Of a stretch of 64,000 nt of DNA, positions 18,086 through 27,139 are shown in pieces. A model generated the notes under the pieces. The model worked only from the letters and a program-made list of their open reading frames with translations, had not been told where the DNA came from and made no database searches. Within the stretch, counting starts at the first letter, position 1. Each line of letters opens with the position of its first letter. This DNA is from an uncultured delta proteobacterium. Its GTDB lineage: Bacteria; Myxococcota; Kuafuiibacteriia; Kuafuiibacteriales; Kuafuiibacteriaceae. The translations under genes were made by a program, and so were the position numbers. The DNA is taken from positions 896,001-960,000 of the forward strand of contig CAWDML010000009.1 in assembly GCA_963803435.1 (NCBI GenBank), in the 5' to 3' direction.

Positions 18086-19147
18086 ATGATGCGGAGGATC
18101 TCCACGGAATGGGCATGGCTCGCGGTGCTGTGCCTCGCTGGCTGCAAAGAGCCCGCTTTTGGAACGCTGGGCGCGAAGTGTCCCGATGATCGCAACTGCA
18201 TCTCGCCCCTTCGCTGCGTCGCTGGGACCTGCCAGATGGGGATGGAAGAGCCGGACACCGGCACGCCCGACACCGGCGAAATCGCGAACCCGGACACGGG
18301 CCTCGTCGACCAGCCCGACACCGGCGTCGAGGAGACCCCCGACGCCGGCACGCCCGGCTACGCGGACGGCTTCAACTCGGGGCCGCTCGCCGTGACGGCG
18401 GACGGGATGACGCTCGGCTATGCGGCGCTGACCGGACGGGCCGGCCTCATCCACGAGAAGACCGGCTACACGAACGTGCTGGTGTTCGTGAGCGGGCTGA
18501 TGCCGAACGCCGAGTACGGCGCGCACGTGCACGCGATGGCCTGCGAAGAGGACGGCGGAGGGCCGCACTACAAGATCGATCCCGCGGTGATGGAGGTGAT
18601 GGAGGCGAACGAGATCTGGCCGACCGTGCACACCGACGCGCAGGGAAACGGCGTCGGCTACGTCCGGGTCCATCACTACGCCCGCGAGGACGCGAAGTCC
18701 GTGGTCGTCCACCAGACGGGCGCCGTGGAGCGGATCGCCTGCGCGAATCTCTCGCCGAACGCCGACGTGACGGCACGCGGTACCCTCTACGAGCTCCCCG
18801 CGGGTCGGGGGCTGCGGATCACCGGCACCGCGACGCTGCGCCGCTACTCCGGCGGCACCATCGCCACCGTCCAGATGAACGGGACGTTCACCTCCACCGT
18901 GACGTTCCCCGCCCACGTGCACGCCCAGCGGTGTGACGACGAGGAGGGAGGACCGCACTACAAGATCGACCCGTCGATCATGGACGCGGATCCGATGAAC
19001 GAGATCTGGCCGAACGCCACGCCCAACGCGACGACGGCGAACGGCAGCGCGACGACGCCGCACATCGCGCGCTACGATGCCTGGTCGATCGTGGTGCACG
19101 ACCCGGTCAGCAAGGCCCGGATCCTCTGCGCCGATCTGAAGTGGTGA
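18086..19147 (+). CDS. Lipoprotein with two tandem Cu/Zn-superoxide-dismutase-like domains
   Basis: Lipobox LAGC; two copies of AHVH..C....GPHYKIDP...NEIWP...S(V/I)VVH...RI(A/L)CA; PDTG-repeat linker. Confidence 0.82.
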   Translation: MMRRISTEWAWLAVLCLAGCKEPAFGTLGAKCPDDRNCISPLRCVAGTCQMGMEEPDTGTPDTGEIANPDTGLVDQPDTGVEETPDAGTPGYADGFNSGPLAVTADGMTLGYAALTGRAGLIHEKTGYTNVLVFVSGLMPNAEYGAHVHAMACEEDGGGPHYKIDPAVMEVMEANEIWPTVHTDAQGNGVGYVRVHHYAREDAKSVVVHQTGAVERIACANLSPNADVTARGTLYELPAGRGLRITGTATLRRYSGGTIATVQMNGTFTSTVTFPAHVHAQRCDDEEGGPHYKIDPSIMDADPMNEIWPNATPNATTANGSATTPHIARYDAWSIVVHDPVSKARILCADLKW

Positions 19148-19151
19148 GCGG

Positions 19152-20105
19152 TCAGCGGCCCAGGCGCGCCAGCTCCCCGAAGAGCCAGCGATCGAGCGCG
19201 CGATCGAGGCGGCTCTCCGCCCGATCGCTGCAGCGGGCGAGCGCGCGGCGGTACACCGGCAGCTTCAAGAGCGGCGTCGGGATCGATCGGCGGAGCGCGC
19301 GAAGACCGCGAACGCTGGCGGCGAAGGCCGCGTCTTCCCCGCGGCCCCAGGCGAAGCCGTAGCCCTCGCGGATCCGAGGGGGGAGGGCGCCGGCCGTGAA
19401 TAGCCGATACCAACGCCACAGCGGCGCGAGCGCGGGCGACGGCGCTCGCACCAGGACGTCCTTGAGGTCGCGGGCGGTCCGGCTGACCGTGAGCACGTCG
19501 GAGCGCCACATCCGCTCGTTGTAGGCGACGAAGTCCAGCCAGGTGCTCGGCACCAGCGCGCTGGGAATGCCGAAGAGGCTGCAGAATCGCGGGTACTCGG
19601 CGATCCAGCGCCCCTTCTCCACGTCGGTCAGCGGTCGGACCAGTCGCTCGAACACCCAGGCCGAGGAGTCGAAGAGGGTGGAGGCGACCCAGAGCTGGGC
19701 TGCGGGCTCGTTGGCGAAGAAGGGCGTGCCGGCGGGGAAGCAGGGACCGGCGTCGTCGTCGCGGATCACGCCCCGCACGCGCTGGTGCAGGCGGTGGACG
19801 GCGCGGGCCATCGCGAGGGCCGTCTCGAGATCGCCGAACACCATCGCGAACACGTAGTAGAAGGTCTTCCGGAAGCGGGCGAGGCGATCCAGGCGGGTGA
19901 TCGAGAGCTCGTCGACGGCCTGCGCCACCGCCGGGTGGGCGAGCTGCAGCAAGGCAGCCCGACCCGCGCCGGCAAAGACGATCGCTTCACCGTTACGGCG
20001 CCAGACCTCGGAGCGAGGGCCGAAGAGGCCCGCACGCGGGTCCGAGACTTCGCGCGTCAGCCCCTCGAGCGAGGCCTCCAGCTCGGCGGTCGTGACCTCG
20101 TGCAT
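19152..20105 (-). CDS. Oxygenase MpaB / DUF2236 family protein
   Basis: GLFGPRSEVW, AGRAALLQLAHPAVAQAV, VHRLHQRVRG, LWVASTL, LPPRIREGYG. Confidence 0.87.
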   Translation of the reverse strand: MHEVTTAELEASLEGLTREVSDPRAGLFGPRSEVWRRNGEAIVFAGAGRAALLQLAHPAVAQAVDELSITRLDRLARFRKTFYYVFAMVFGDLETALAMARAVHRLHQRVRGVIRDDDAGPCFPAGTPFFANEPAAQLWVASTLFDSSAWVFERLVRPLTDVEKGRWIAEYPRFCSLFGIPSALVPSTWLDFVAYNERMWRSDVLTVSRTARDLKDVLVRAPSPALAPLWRWYRLFTAGALPPRIREGYGFAWGRGEDAAFAASVRGLRALRRSIPTPLLKLPVYRRALARCSDRAESRLDRALDRWLFGELARLGR

Positions 20106-20179
20106 CCCGGGGAGGATAGCCCGGCCGTCGTCGGTTTTCGCACGGTTCGCGGGATCGCCGCTTGCAGAGCTGGGCGGCC

Positions 20180-21133
20180 GTGATCGCCAAGGGAGAGAGG
20201 GCTTCGCCCGCGACCGAAGCGCGCCCGCGCGCGGAGTGGGGTGGGAGGGCTTTGCCCGAAAGGGACCCGCCGGCGCTCCGCTTCGAACGGCAGCTCCCGA
20301 GCGCTCGGCTGCGGCGCTGGCGACTCGAGACCCCTGGCCCGCGCTATCCCGAGTGCGCGCACGACGCCGTCGAGCTCAGTTGGATCGAGCGCGGGCGTGT
20401 CCGCTACCGGGTCGGGGCCCGGACGCTCGACGTCCTGGAGGGCCAGGCGATGATCGTCCCCGCGGGCGTCGGGCACACGACCGAGATCGCACCGGCGACG
20501 TCGGCCGGATCGATGTGGCTCTCGGTGTCCCTCCTCGAGGAGATCGCAGAGGCGACCCGGGCCAGGCCGCCCGGTCTGGGTCCGCTGGACAGCCCCGAGG
20601 TCATCATCCGCAGTCGGGCGCTGCTCGCCGGCGCCGAGGCGGGTCTCGACAGTCAGCTCGCCGACTGCGCGATCGAGGGCCTGATGCTCCGGCTCCTGGG
20701 CGCCGCCCGCGCTCAGAGCGCCGTCGATCCGCGCATCGGCCGCGCGGTCCATGAGATCGAGGCGCGCTACGCCGAGCCGATCGAGGTGGCGGATCTGGCC
20801 CGCACCGCCCGAATGAGCCGCTTCCACTTCAGCCGAGTGTTCCGCGAAGCGACCGGCGCCAGCCCCTACCAGTTCCTGATCCATACTCGGGTCGAGCGCG
20901 CTGCCCGGCTCCTCGCCGAGGGCACCTGCAACGTGACGGAGGCGGCCCTGGCCGTCGGGTTCACCGATCTCGGACGGTTCGGCCGCGCGTTCAAGGCACA
21001 GCTCGGCCGGACCCCGTCCGCGTATCTGTTCGAGCACAAATCACCGAAAGGTCGGCACGATGCGCCTGGCGGAGCCCGGCTCGGGCGTCGTCTGATTCCG
21101 TCGTGCGAAGACTCCTCATCCCTCTCGCGCTGA
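20180..21133 (+). CDS. AraC family transcriptional regulator
   Basis: Cupin N-domain (AHDAVEL...IVPAGVGH) and AraC HTH (LARTARMSRFHFSRVFREATGASPYQF...ALAVGFTDLGRFGRAFKAQLGRTPSAY). Start uncertain (GTG 20180). Confidence 0.9.
   Translation: MIAKGERASPATEARPRAEWGGRALPERDPPALRFERQLPSARLRRWRLETPGPRYPECAHDAVELSWIERGRVRYRVGARTLDVLEGQAMIVPAGVGHTTEIAPATSAGSMWLSVSLLEEIAEATRARPPGLGPLDSPEVIIRSRALLAGAEAGLDSQLADCAIEGLMLRLLGAARAQSAVDPRIGRAVHEIEARYAEPIEVADLARTARMSRFHFSRVFREATGASPYQFLIHTRVERAARLLAEGTCNVTEAALAVGFTDLGRFGRAFKAQLGRTPSAYLFEHKSPKGRHDAPGGARLGRRLIPSCEDSSSLSR
21034..21061 (+). promoter_or_regulatory. Candidate AraC tandem half-sites
   Basis: GCACAAA at 21034 and GCACGAT at 21055, 21 bp apart, about 45 bp upstream of the cohesin gene start. 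Short motif, could be chance. Confidence 0.3.
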
Positions 21134-21630
21134 CCGCCGCCTGCGGTCAGCCCGATCCCGACCCGCCGCCGGTGGTCGAGCCGCCGCCCGACGCGCCGGG
21201 CTTCCTCGCCGAGACGGGCGGCGCCCCCGCGCTCCGGTTGGAGGGTGCGTTCGAGGACGGAGCGCTGGCGGTCGACGTTCTCGCCGACGGGCTCGGCCCC
21301 GTCTTCGGGATCGCGGGGCGGCTGGTCTTCGATCCGTCGCATCTCGCGGTCGCCTCCGCCGAGCCCGCGGCCGCTCCGCTCGGCGAGGCGGCGTCGCTCT
21401 TCCGCGTGGACGCCGGCGCGGTCGTGTTCGGCTTCGCGCGGATGGGGCCGGACGCAGGCGAGGAGACGCTCGACGGCACGGTGCGGCTGGCCACCGTCCG
21501 CTTCTCGCAGAGCAGTGGCGGAGACTCCCGGCTCTCGCTGGCCCGGGCCGAGGTCCGGCGCGCCGACGGCGCGTTCGTCTCCGCTCAGTTCCTCGGTGCC
21601 GAGGTGCATACTTTGGGAGGTCCGCCGTGA
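21103..21630 (+). CDS. Lipoprotein with cohesin-like domain
   Basis: Lipobox LTAAC, Pro-rich linker, then VDVLADGLGPVFGIAGRLVFDPSHLAVAS...DGTVRLATVRFSQSSGGDSRLSL (cohesin-like strand pattern). Confidence 0.7.
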   Translation: MRRLLIPLALTAACGQPDPDPPPVVEPPPDAPGFLAETGGAPALRLEGAFEDGALAVDVLADGLGPVFGIAGRLVFDPSHLAVASAEPAAAPLGEAASLFRVDAGAVVFGFARMGPDAGEETLDGTVRLATVRFSQSSGGDSRLSLARAEVRRADGAFVSAQFLGAEVHTLGGPP

Positions 21631-23357
21631 AGCGCGCCGCACTGCTTCTCGCGTTCGTTCCATTGAGTGGAACAGCGAGCGCACAGGGCTTCGACGTCCT
21701 CCGCCAGGACATCACGGTCGACGTCTCCAGCTCGACGGTCACCTCGATCGAGGTCGTCGCCGAGCTCGCCGCGGACGGTCCCACCACGGAGATCTGGATG
21801 CTGGTGCCGGCGCTCCCGATCGGGTCGCTCACGATCGACGGGGTGGAGGCGACGGTCACGCCCCATCCGCAGTACCCGGACCAGGTCAGCGTCGTCGAGC
21901 TGCCGACGGAGCGCGCGGACGGCGAGGCGTTTCAGATGGTGCTCCGGACGGCCGGCACGCTCGGCTGCAGCTCACGCCTGCAGCCGGGGACGCTCGCCTG
22001 CGTGCGGACGGCCGATCAGACCATCCTGGTGCCGGCCAGCCCCGACTCGGGCTGGTATCTGTTCAACCTGCTGGCGTTCGACCCGTTCCTCGGGAGCATC
22101 ACCGTGCGGGCGCCCGACGACTTCCAGCTGGCCGCGATCGAGGGCGACCCGGAGGAGACCAGGGACCTCGGCGGCGGCGTGGTGGAGGCGCGGTTCGAGA
22201 TCGAGAAGGCGACCGAGACGCTCGGCCTCTACGCCGGCCGGGCCGAGAAGGTCGAGGCGCCGGGCGTGGTCGGCCTGTTCACCGGTGACCACCGCGAGAA
22301 GATGCAGCGTTCGGTGGATCTGGCGGCCGAGGTCCTCCCGCTCTATCAGGCGCGCTTCGGCGCCACCGGGATCGACCGCACGCGCATCATCTCGATCCCG
22401 CGGGGCTTCCCGTTCGGCGGGCTGGGGCTCTTCGGTACCGTCCTCTTCGGCGACTACGTGGTCGGCGAGCTCGACTACCTGCTCGAGCAAGGCACGGCGC
22501 ACGAGCTCGGCCACACCTGGTGGGGCGGCCTGGCCTCGAGCGCGGATTCAGCGGCGGCCGGCTTCTTCGCGGAGGCGTTCGCGGAGTACTCGGCGCGCTG
22601 GGTGCTCGGCCGGGTGCAGGGCCCAGCGGCCCGGGTCGCGGGCAACCGGATGAACGCGGTCTGGTACATGTACCGGCGCCCCGGGGACGCCGACGTGGCG
22701 CCCCTGGATCCGAACGTGCGCGACTCCCCGGTCTACGTCTTCGCGACCTACCACAAGGCGTCGGTGGCGCTCGGCACGATCGAGTCGGCGATGGGCGAGG
22801 ATGCGTTCACGTCGGCGCTCCGCCGGATGATCGCCCGCGGGCCCGGCGGCACGACCACGAGCTCGTTCATCGCGGACCTCGAGGACGCCGGTGATACCGC
22901 CGCCGCCCGCGACGTCCACCAGTGGTTCGAAACCACCGGGTTCCCGCACCTGACGGTCTCGGCGCACGCCGAGGACGGCGCCGTCGTCGTCGACGTGGGG
23001 ACCGCCGGCGACTACACGTTCGGCGTGCCGGTGCGGGCGTTCTCTCCCGACGGCACCTTCACCGACTCCCGCCTCGAGATTGCGCCCGGGGCGACGTCGC
23101 AGGCGGTGCCGGGCGCGCCCATACTGATCCAGCTGGATCCGGACTGGACCGCGGTGCGCGAGATCCGTCCCAGCCCGGCGGGCGACGTCTCCTTCGACGG
23201 CGCCGTCGATGGCATCGATCTGATCGAGGTGGCGCTCCGGATCGGCACCTCGCTGCCCACGGAGCGCCGCGTGGATCGAGGCTACGATCCGCTCTACGAC
23301 CTGAACGAGGACCGGCTGGTCGACGCGCTCGACCTGGCGGCGATCACCTCCGACTGA
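21627..23357 (+). CDS. Secreted M1 family (gluzincin) aminopeptidase with C-terminal dockerin-like domain
   Basis: Signal peptide ending ASA-Q; HELGH + 18 aa + E (FAEAFAEY); YHKAS. C-terminus GDVSFDGAVDGIDL...YDLNEDRLVDALDL (duplicated Ca-binding loops). GTGA overlap with the cohesin gene. Confidence 0.88.
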   Translation: MKRAALLLAFVPLSGTASAQGFDVLRQDITVDVSSSTVTSIEVVAELAADGPTTEIWMLVPALPIGSLTIDGVEATVTPHPQYPDQVSVVELPTERADGEAFQMVLRTAGTLGCSSRLQPGTLACVRTADQTILVPASPDSGWYLFNLLAFDPFLGSITVRAPDDFQLAAIEGDPEETRDLGGGVVEARFEIEKATETLGLYAGRAEKVEAPGVVGLFTGDHREKMQRSVDLAAEVLPLYQARFGATGIDRTRIISIPRGFPFGGLGLFGTVLFGDYVVGELDYLLEQGTAHELGHTWWGGLASSADSAAAGFFAEAFAEYSARWVLGRVQGPAARVAGNRMNAVWYMYRRPGDADVAPLDPNVRDSPVYVFATYHKASVALGTIESAMGEDAFTSALRRMIARGPGGTTTSSFIADLEDAGDTAAARDVHQWFETTGFPHLTVSAHAEDGAVVVDVGTAGDYTFGVPVRAFSPDGTFTDSRLEIAPGATSQAVPGAPILIQLDPDWTAVREIRPSPAGDVSFDGAVDGIDLIEVALRIGTSLPTERRVDRGYDPLYDLNEDRLVDALDLAAITSD

Positions 23358-23435
23358 GATCGAGCCTTGTGCTTGCACGACGCTTTCAGCGCGACGCGGC
23401 GCATATCCCTGCTGCCGTCGCCGTAGCTCCGGGTT

Positions 23436-24776
23436 CTATCGCTTGCGCATCGCCAGCAAGGCGTTCTCGCCCGTCGAGCGTAGCCCATCGCGTCTCGCGA
23501 GACGCTCCAGCCGTTCGGCGCTGCCGTGCTTGGCGGCCTCTCGGAACTCGTTGAAGTCGTCGGTGAAGATGTGGCCGGGTCTTCCATCGAAGTCTTCGGG
23601 TCCGGCGAACTTCAGCTCGGGATAGCGTGCCTCCATGCGCCGCACGATCGGTGCGAACCTCTTCTTGAAGAGGTCGAGGCCCCTCAACGAAAGGATCGTC
23701 GTCAGGAGGTGGTCGCCGTCCTCGAGTTGTGTGGTCGCCGCTCGACCCGCCCTGATCTGCAGGCCATACGCGAGCGATCCTTTGGCCGGGTATGCAGCCT
23801 CGAGGTCCGCTTTGAGCTCGATCGCCACCCGGTTTGCCACCCTGCGGGCGCGCCTCGCGAGCCGCCCGTTCTTTGCACCCTCGAGCTTCACCACGCGTTC
23901 GAGCGCCTTCAGCACGAACGCGGATTGATTGATCGCGATCTCCTCGCCCTGGGCAGTCTGCGCGGCCAGCGCCAAGCCTCGGTCGCCGGTGAGGCCTGGT
24001 ACCCTCAAGCCGCCGCGTGAGACCGGCTGTTGGAGAACATTCAACTGCTCGTCGAGAAGCCTGCGAATGCGTCGAGCGTCGCTGGGGCTCGCGCCGTCCA
24101 TGAACTTGACGAGCCCGCTGATGACCTGGCCCGTCGTGATCGCTGCAATGTACGGCTCGACTCCGTCATGAATGACGAAGGTCTTCGGGCCGCCCTCGAC
24201 CCGGCTCTGGCTGCGCTCGAGCAGGTCGAGCAGCTGCTCGCGGCCGGCCGAAGGGTCGAGGCGGAAGAGGATCGCCGCCATGCGCGCCGTCGGTGCGCCT
24301 TCAGGCACGATGCTGTCGACCGCTTCTCGAAAACCTTCGCGCGCTTCCCGCACGAGCGCCTGACGTCCCGCGAGCCTGCGCTCCAACGCCAGCTCGCCAA
24401 CCTGCACGCCGTGCTCGTCTGCGTGGTCGAGAATCTCGCCCGCTTCCTTCACGGTCACTTCATGGTCGGCGGTGCGCTTGGCGATGAACCGCTCGAGCGA
24501 ACCGACCTGTTGATTCGCATCCGCGTCGGCGGGCCTGCCACGTTCGGGCCGGAGCCTGTGCTCGGTCCTTCGGAATCGCACCTTCGTGCGGACGGGCTTC
24601 TCCCTCGGTTTCACCGGCGGCGCTGGCGCGATGATCGGGTGCGCCTGCGTGGAGACGCGCGGCGTCCGGTTGGCGTTCGGCGTCGAGGTCGATCCTGAGA
24701 GCACCTGATGGGTGCCGACGCCGGTGGCGGCGACCGCCAACCCAGGCAACAGCACCCTGGTGCGGACGAAACGCAT
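23436..24776 (-). CDS. Hypothetical protein with atypical codon usage, possibly exported
   Basis: Longest ORF in the interval; hydrophobic N-terminal stretch; visibly more A/T third positions than its neighbours. Start uncertain (24776 or 24797). Confidence 0.6.
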   Translation of the reverse strand: MRFVRTRVLLPGLAVAATGVGTHQVLSGSTSTPNANRTPRVSTQAHPIIAPAPPVKPREKPVRTKVRFRRTEHRLRPERGRPADADANQQVGSLERFIAKRTADHEVTVKEAGEILDHADEHGVQVGELALERRLAGRQALVREAREGFREAVDSIVPEGAPTARMAAILFRLDPSAGREQLLDLLERSQSRVEGGPKTFVIHDGVEPYIAAITTGQVISGLVKFMDGASPSDARRIRRLLDEQLNVLQQPVSRGGLRVPGLTGDRGLALAAQTAQGEEIAINQSAFVLKALERVVKLEGAKNGRLARRARRVANRVAIELKADLEAAYPAKGSLAYGLQIRAGRAATTQLEDGDHLLTTILSLRGLDLFKKRFAPIVRRMEARYPELKFAGPEDFDGRPGHIFTDDFNEFREAAKHGSAERLERLARRDGLRSTGENALLAMRKR

Positions 24777-24895
24777 GTCTCGAGTTTGTCGCGTCACGGT
24801 GTAGCGCAGTCGATTACTGCGTCGAGGTAATCAATTTGGGGTGCAAGGAGGCCGAACGCTTGCCCCCGTCTGCTCCCCGTGACGAGATGCCCCGT

Positions 24896-25960
24896 ATGGC
24901 CGGGCCCGAGCTGTTTCACGTCACCGACGACGTTCGCATCGACGACCTGCGCCCGCTGATCCCGCCGGCCATCCTCATGGAGGAGCTCCCGATGACCGAT
25001 CGGGCCACCCAGGTGGTGGTGCGTGCGCGGAGCGCGGCGGGCCGCATCATGGCGGGCGAAGACCCGCGCCTGCTGGTCGTGGTGGGTCCCTGCTCGATCC
25101 ACGATCCGGTGGCGGCGCGCGAGTATGCGGGGCGGCTCGCCGAGGCGGCCCGGAGATTCGAGCAGGAGCTCTTCCTCATCATGCGGGTTTACTTCGAGAA
25201 GCCCCGCACCACAGTCGGGTGGAAGGGGTTGATCAACGATCCGGATCTCGACGGCAGCTTCTCCATCAACAAGGGCCTTCGCCGCGCGCGGGGTCTTCTC
25301 GTCGATCTGGCGGACATGGGGGTACCGGCCGGCACCGAGTTTCTCGACACCATCACGCCGCAGTTCCTGGCTGATCTGGTCTCTTGGGGCGCGATCGGCG
25401 CCCGCACCACCGAGAGCCAGGTCCACCGCGAGCTGGCCTCCGGGCTCTCGATGCCGGTCGGGTTCAAGAACGGCACCGAGGGCAGCGTGATGATCGCGAT
25501 CGACGCGATCCGGGCCGCGCGCCACTCGCACCACTTTCTCTCGGTCACCAAGCAGGGGATCTCGGCGATCGTCGGCACGCGAGGGAACGATGAGTGTCAC
25601 CTGATCCTGCGCGGGTCCAACCGAGGCCCCAACTACCAGCCGGAGGAGGTGGAGTCGGCGGCGCTGCTGCTCACCAACAACGCCTGTAGGCCGTTCCTGA
25701 TGATCGACTGCAGCCACGGAAACAGCGGCAAGGATCACCGGCGCCAGCCGATCGTGGTTGCGGCGATCGCGCAGCAGCTCCGCGCAGGGGCGCGCGCGAT
25801 CGCCGGCGTCATGATCGAGAGCAACCTCCTGGAGGGGAGCCAGTCGCACGAGGAGGGGCGCGCGCTCGAGTACGGACGGAGCATCACGGACGGGTGCCTT
25901 GGATGGGAGGAGACCGAGGGCGTGCTGGCCGAGCTCGCGACGGCCGTGCGGGCGCGCTAG
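24896..25960 (+). CDS. aroG: 3-deoxy-7-phosphoheptulonate (DAHP) synthase, class I-alpha
   Basis: VVGPCSIHD, MRVYFEKPRTTVGWKGLINDP, GAIGARTTESQVHRELASG, IDCSHGNS, YGRSITDGCLGW. The aroG/F/H isoform cannot be distinguished. Confidence 0.96.
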   Translation: MAGPELFHVTDDVRIDDLRPLIPPAILMEELPMTDRATQVVVRARSAAGRIMAGEDPRLLVVVGPCSIHDPVAAREYAGRLAEAARRFEQELFLIMRVYFEKPRTTVGWKGLINDPDLDGSFSINKGLRRARGLLVDLADMGVPAGTEFLDTITPQFLADLVSWGAIGARTTESQVHRELASGLSMPVGFKNGTEGSVMIAIDAIRAARHSHHFLSVTKQGISAIVGTRGNDECHLILRGSNRGPNYQPEEVESAALLLTNNACRPFLMIDCSHGNSGKDHRRQPIVVAAIAQQLRAGARAIAGVMIESNLLEGSQSHEEGRALEYGRSITDGCLGWEETEGVLAELATAVRAR

Positions 25961-25987
25961 CCTTGCGGCTCGGCGTTCGCTTGCCCG

Positions 25988-27139
25988 GTGTCTCGACACC
26001 GCTCACGATCGAACACGGTGAAGTCGACGCCGATGGGGGACATCGGCCCGGAGCTCTGGGAGGAGGCGAGGGCCAAGGGATATCTGCGCGAGGAGGACCA
26101 CGAGGGCCTCCGCTACGAGCGTCTCAGCGCCGACATCCACACGGTCCTGCGGGGCACGCTCCGGATCGCCGCGCGCACCGTCCCGGCATTCCCGCACATC
26201 GGTCGGATCCTGGCGCTTGGCTCGGGCATCCGCAAGAACCTCGCCGTGCGGTTCCGGTTGGAGGAGAAGATCGACGGCTACAACGTCCGCATCCTCCGGA
26301 TTGACGGCCGCGTCCTCCCGTTCACCCGCGGCGGCTTCGTCTGTCCCTTCACCGAGGATCGGCTCCCCGACCTGCTCGATCTCCATCCGCTGTTCGACGC
26401 CCATCCCGACGTGATCGTGTGCGCCGAGGTCTCGGGGCGCGGAAATCCGTATTCGGTCTCGCCGTCGCAGCGCGTGGTCGACGACATCGAGATGCACGCG
26501 TTCGATCTGATGCGGTTCGATCGCTCCGAGTTCGCCACGCCTGACGAGTGCGATGCGATCCTGGCGCGCTTCGGGGTCCCGCGCGCGCCCGTGCTCGGGT
26601 GGTTCACGCCCGATCAGATCGACGCGGTCAAGGCGAGGGTCCTCGAGCTCGATCGGCTCGGCGCCGAGGGGGTGGTGTTCAAGCCCGAAGGCGGCGGTCT
26701 TCGGATCAAGTACGTCACGCCCACGACCAACCTCTGCGACATCACGCGGGACGTCCACCTCCTGGCCGAGCTCCAGGGATCGACGTTCATCCTCCGGCTC
26801 CTCCGCCTGGCGATCGCGGTGGAGGAGCTCGGCCTCTCCGATCGGCTCCCCATGCTGGAAGCGACGCTCGGACGCTCGCTCCTCGCCGGCTTCCTCCACA
26901 CGGTCGAGGACGTCCGCTCGGGCGGTGGCGTCCGCGAGGAGCGCCACCTGCGCTTTCGCTCCAATGAGCACGCGGATGCGCTCGAGCGGCACCTCACCCG
27001 CGTGGCGCGCGGGATCCGAATCCGGGAGCTTGCGCGCCGCGACGAGGGCGACCACATGACGGTCGACCTCGAGAAGACGTTCCTGACCTCGACGGATCGG
27101 ATCCGCGACCTGCTGGAGGGCGCCTACGTGATCGATTGA
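25988..27139 (+). CDS. ATP-dependent RNA ligase, archaeal Rnl3 / Pab1020 family
   Basis: Motif I EEKIDGYNVRI, FTRGGFVCPFT, CAEVSG..NPY, AFDL, EGVVFK, IKYVT, C-terminal dimerisation region ending TDRIRDLLEG. Start uncertain (25988-26033). Confidence 0.9.
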   Translation: MSRHRSRSNTVKSTPMGDIGPELWEEARAKGYLREEDHEGLRYERLSADIHTVLRGTLRIAARTVPAFPHIGRILALGSGIRKNLAVRFRLEEKIDGYNVRILRIDGRVLPFTRGGFVCPFTEDRLPDLLDLHPLFDAHPDVIVCAEVSGRGNPYSVSPSQRVVDDIEMHAFDLMRFDRSEFATPDECDAILARFGVPRAPVLGWFTPDQIDAVKARVLELDRLGAEGVVFKPEGGGLRIKYVTPTTNLCDITRDVHLLAELQGSTFILRLLRLAIAVEELGLSDRLPMLEATLGRSLLAGFLHTVEDVRSGGGVREERHLRFRSNEHADALERHLTRVARGIRIRELARRDEGDHMTVDLEKTFLTSTDRIRDLLEGAYVID

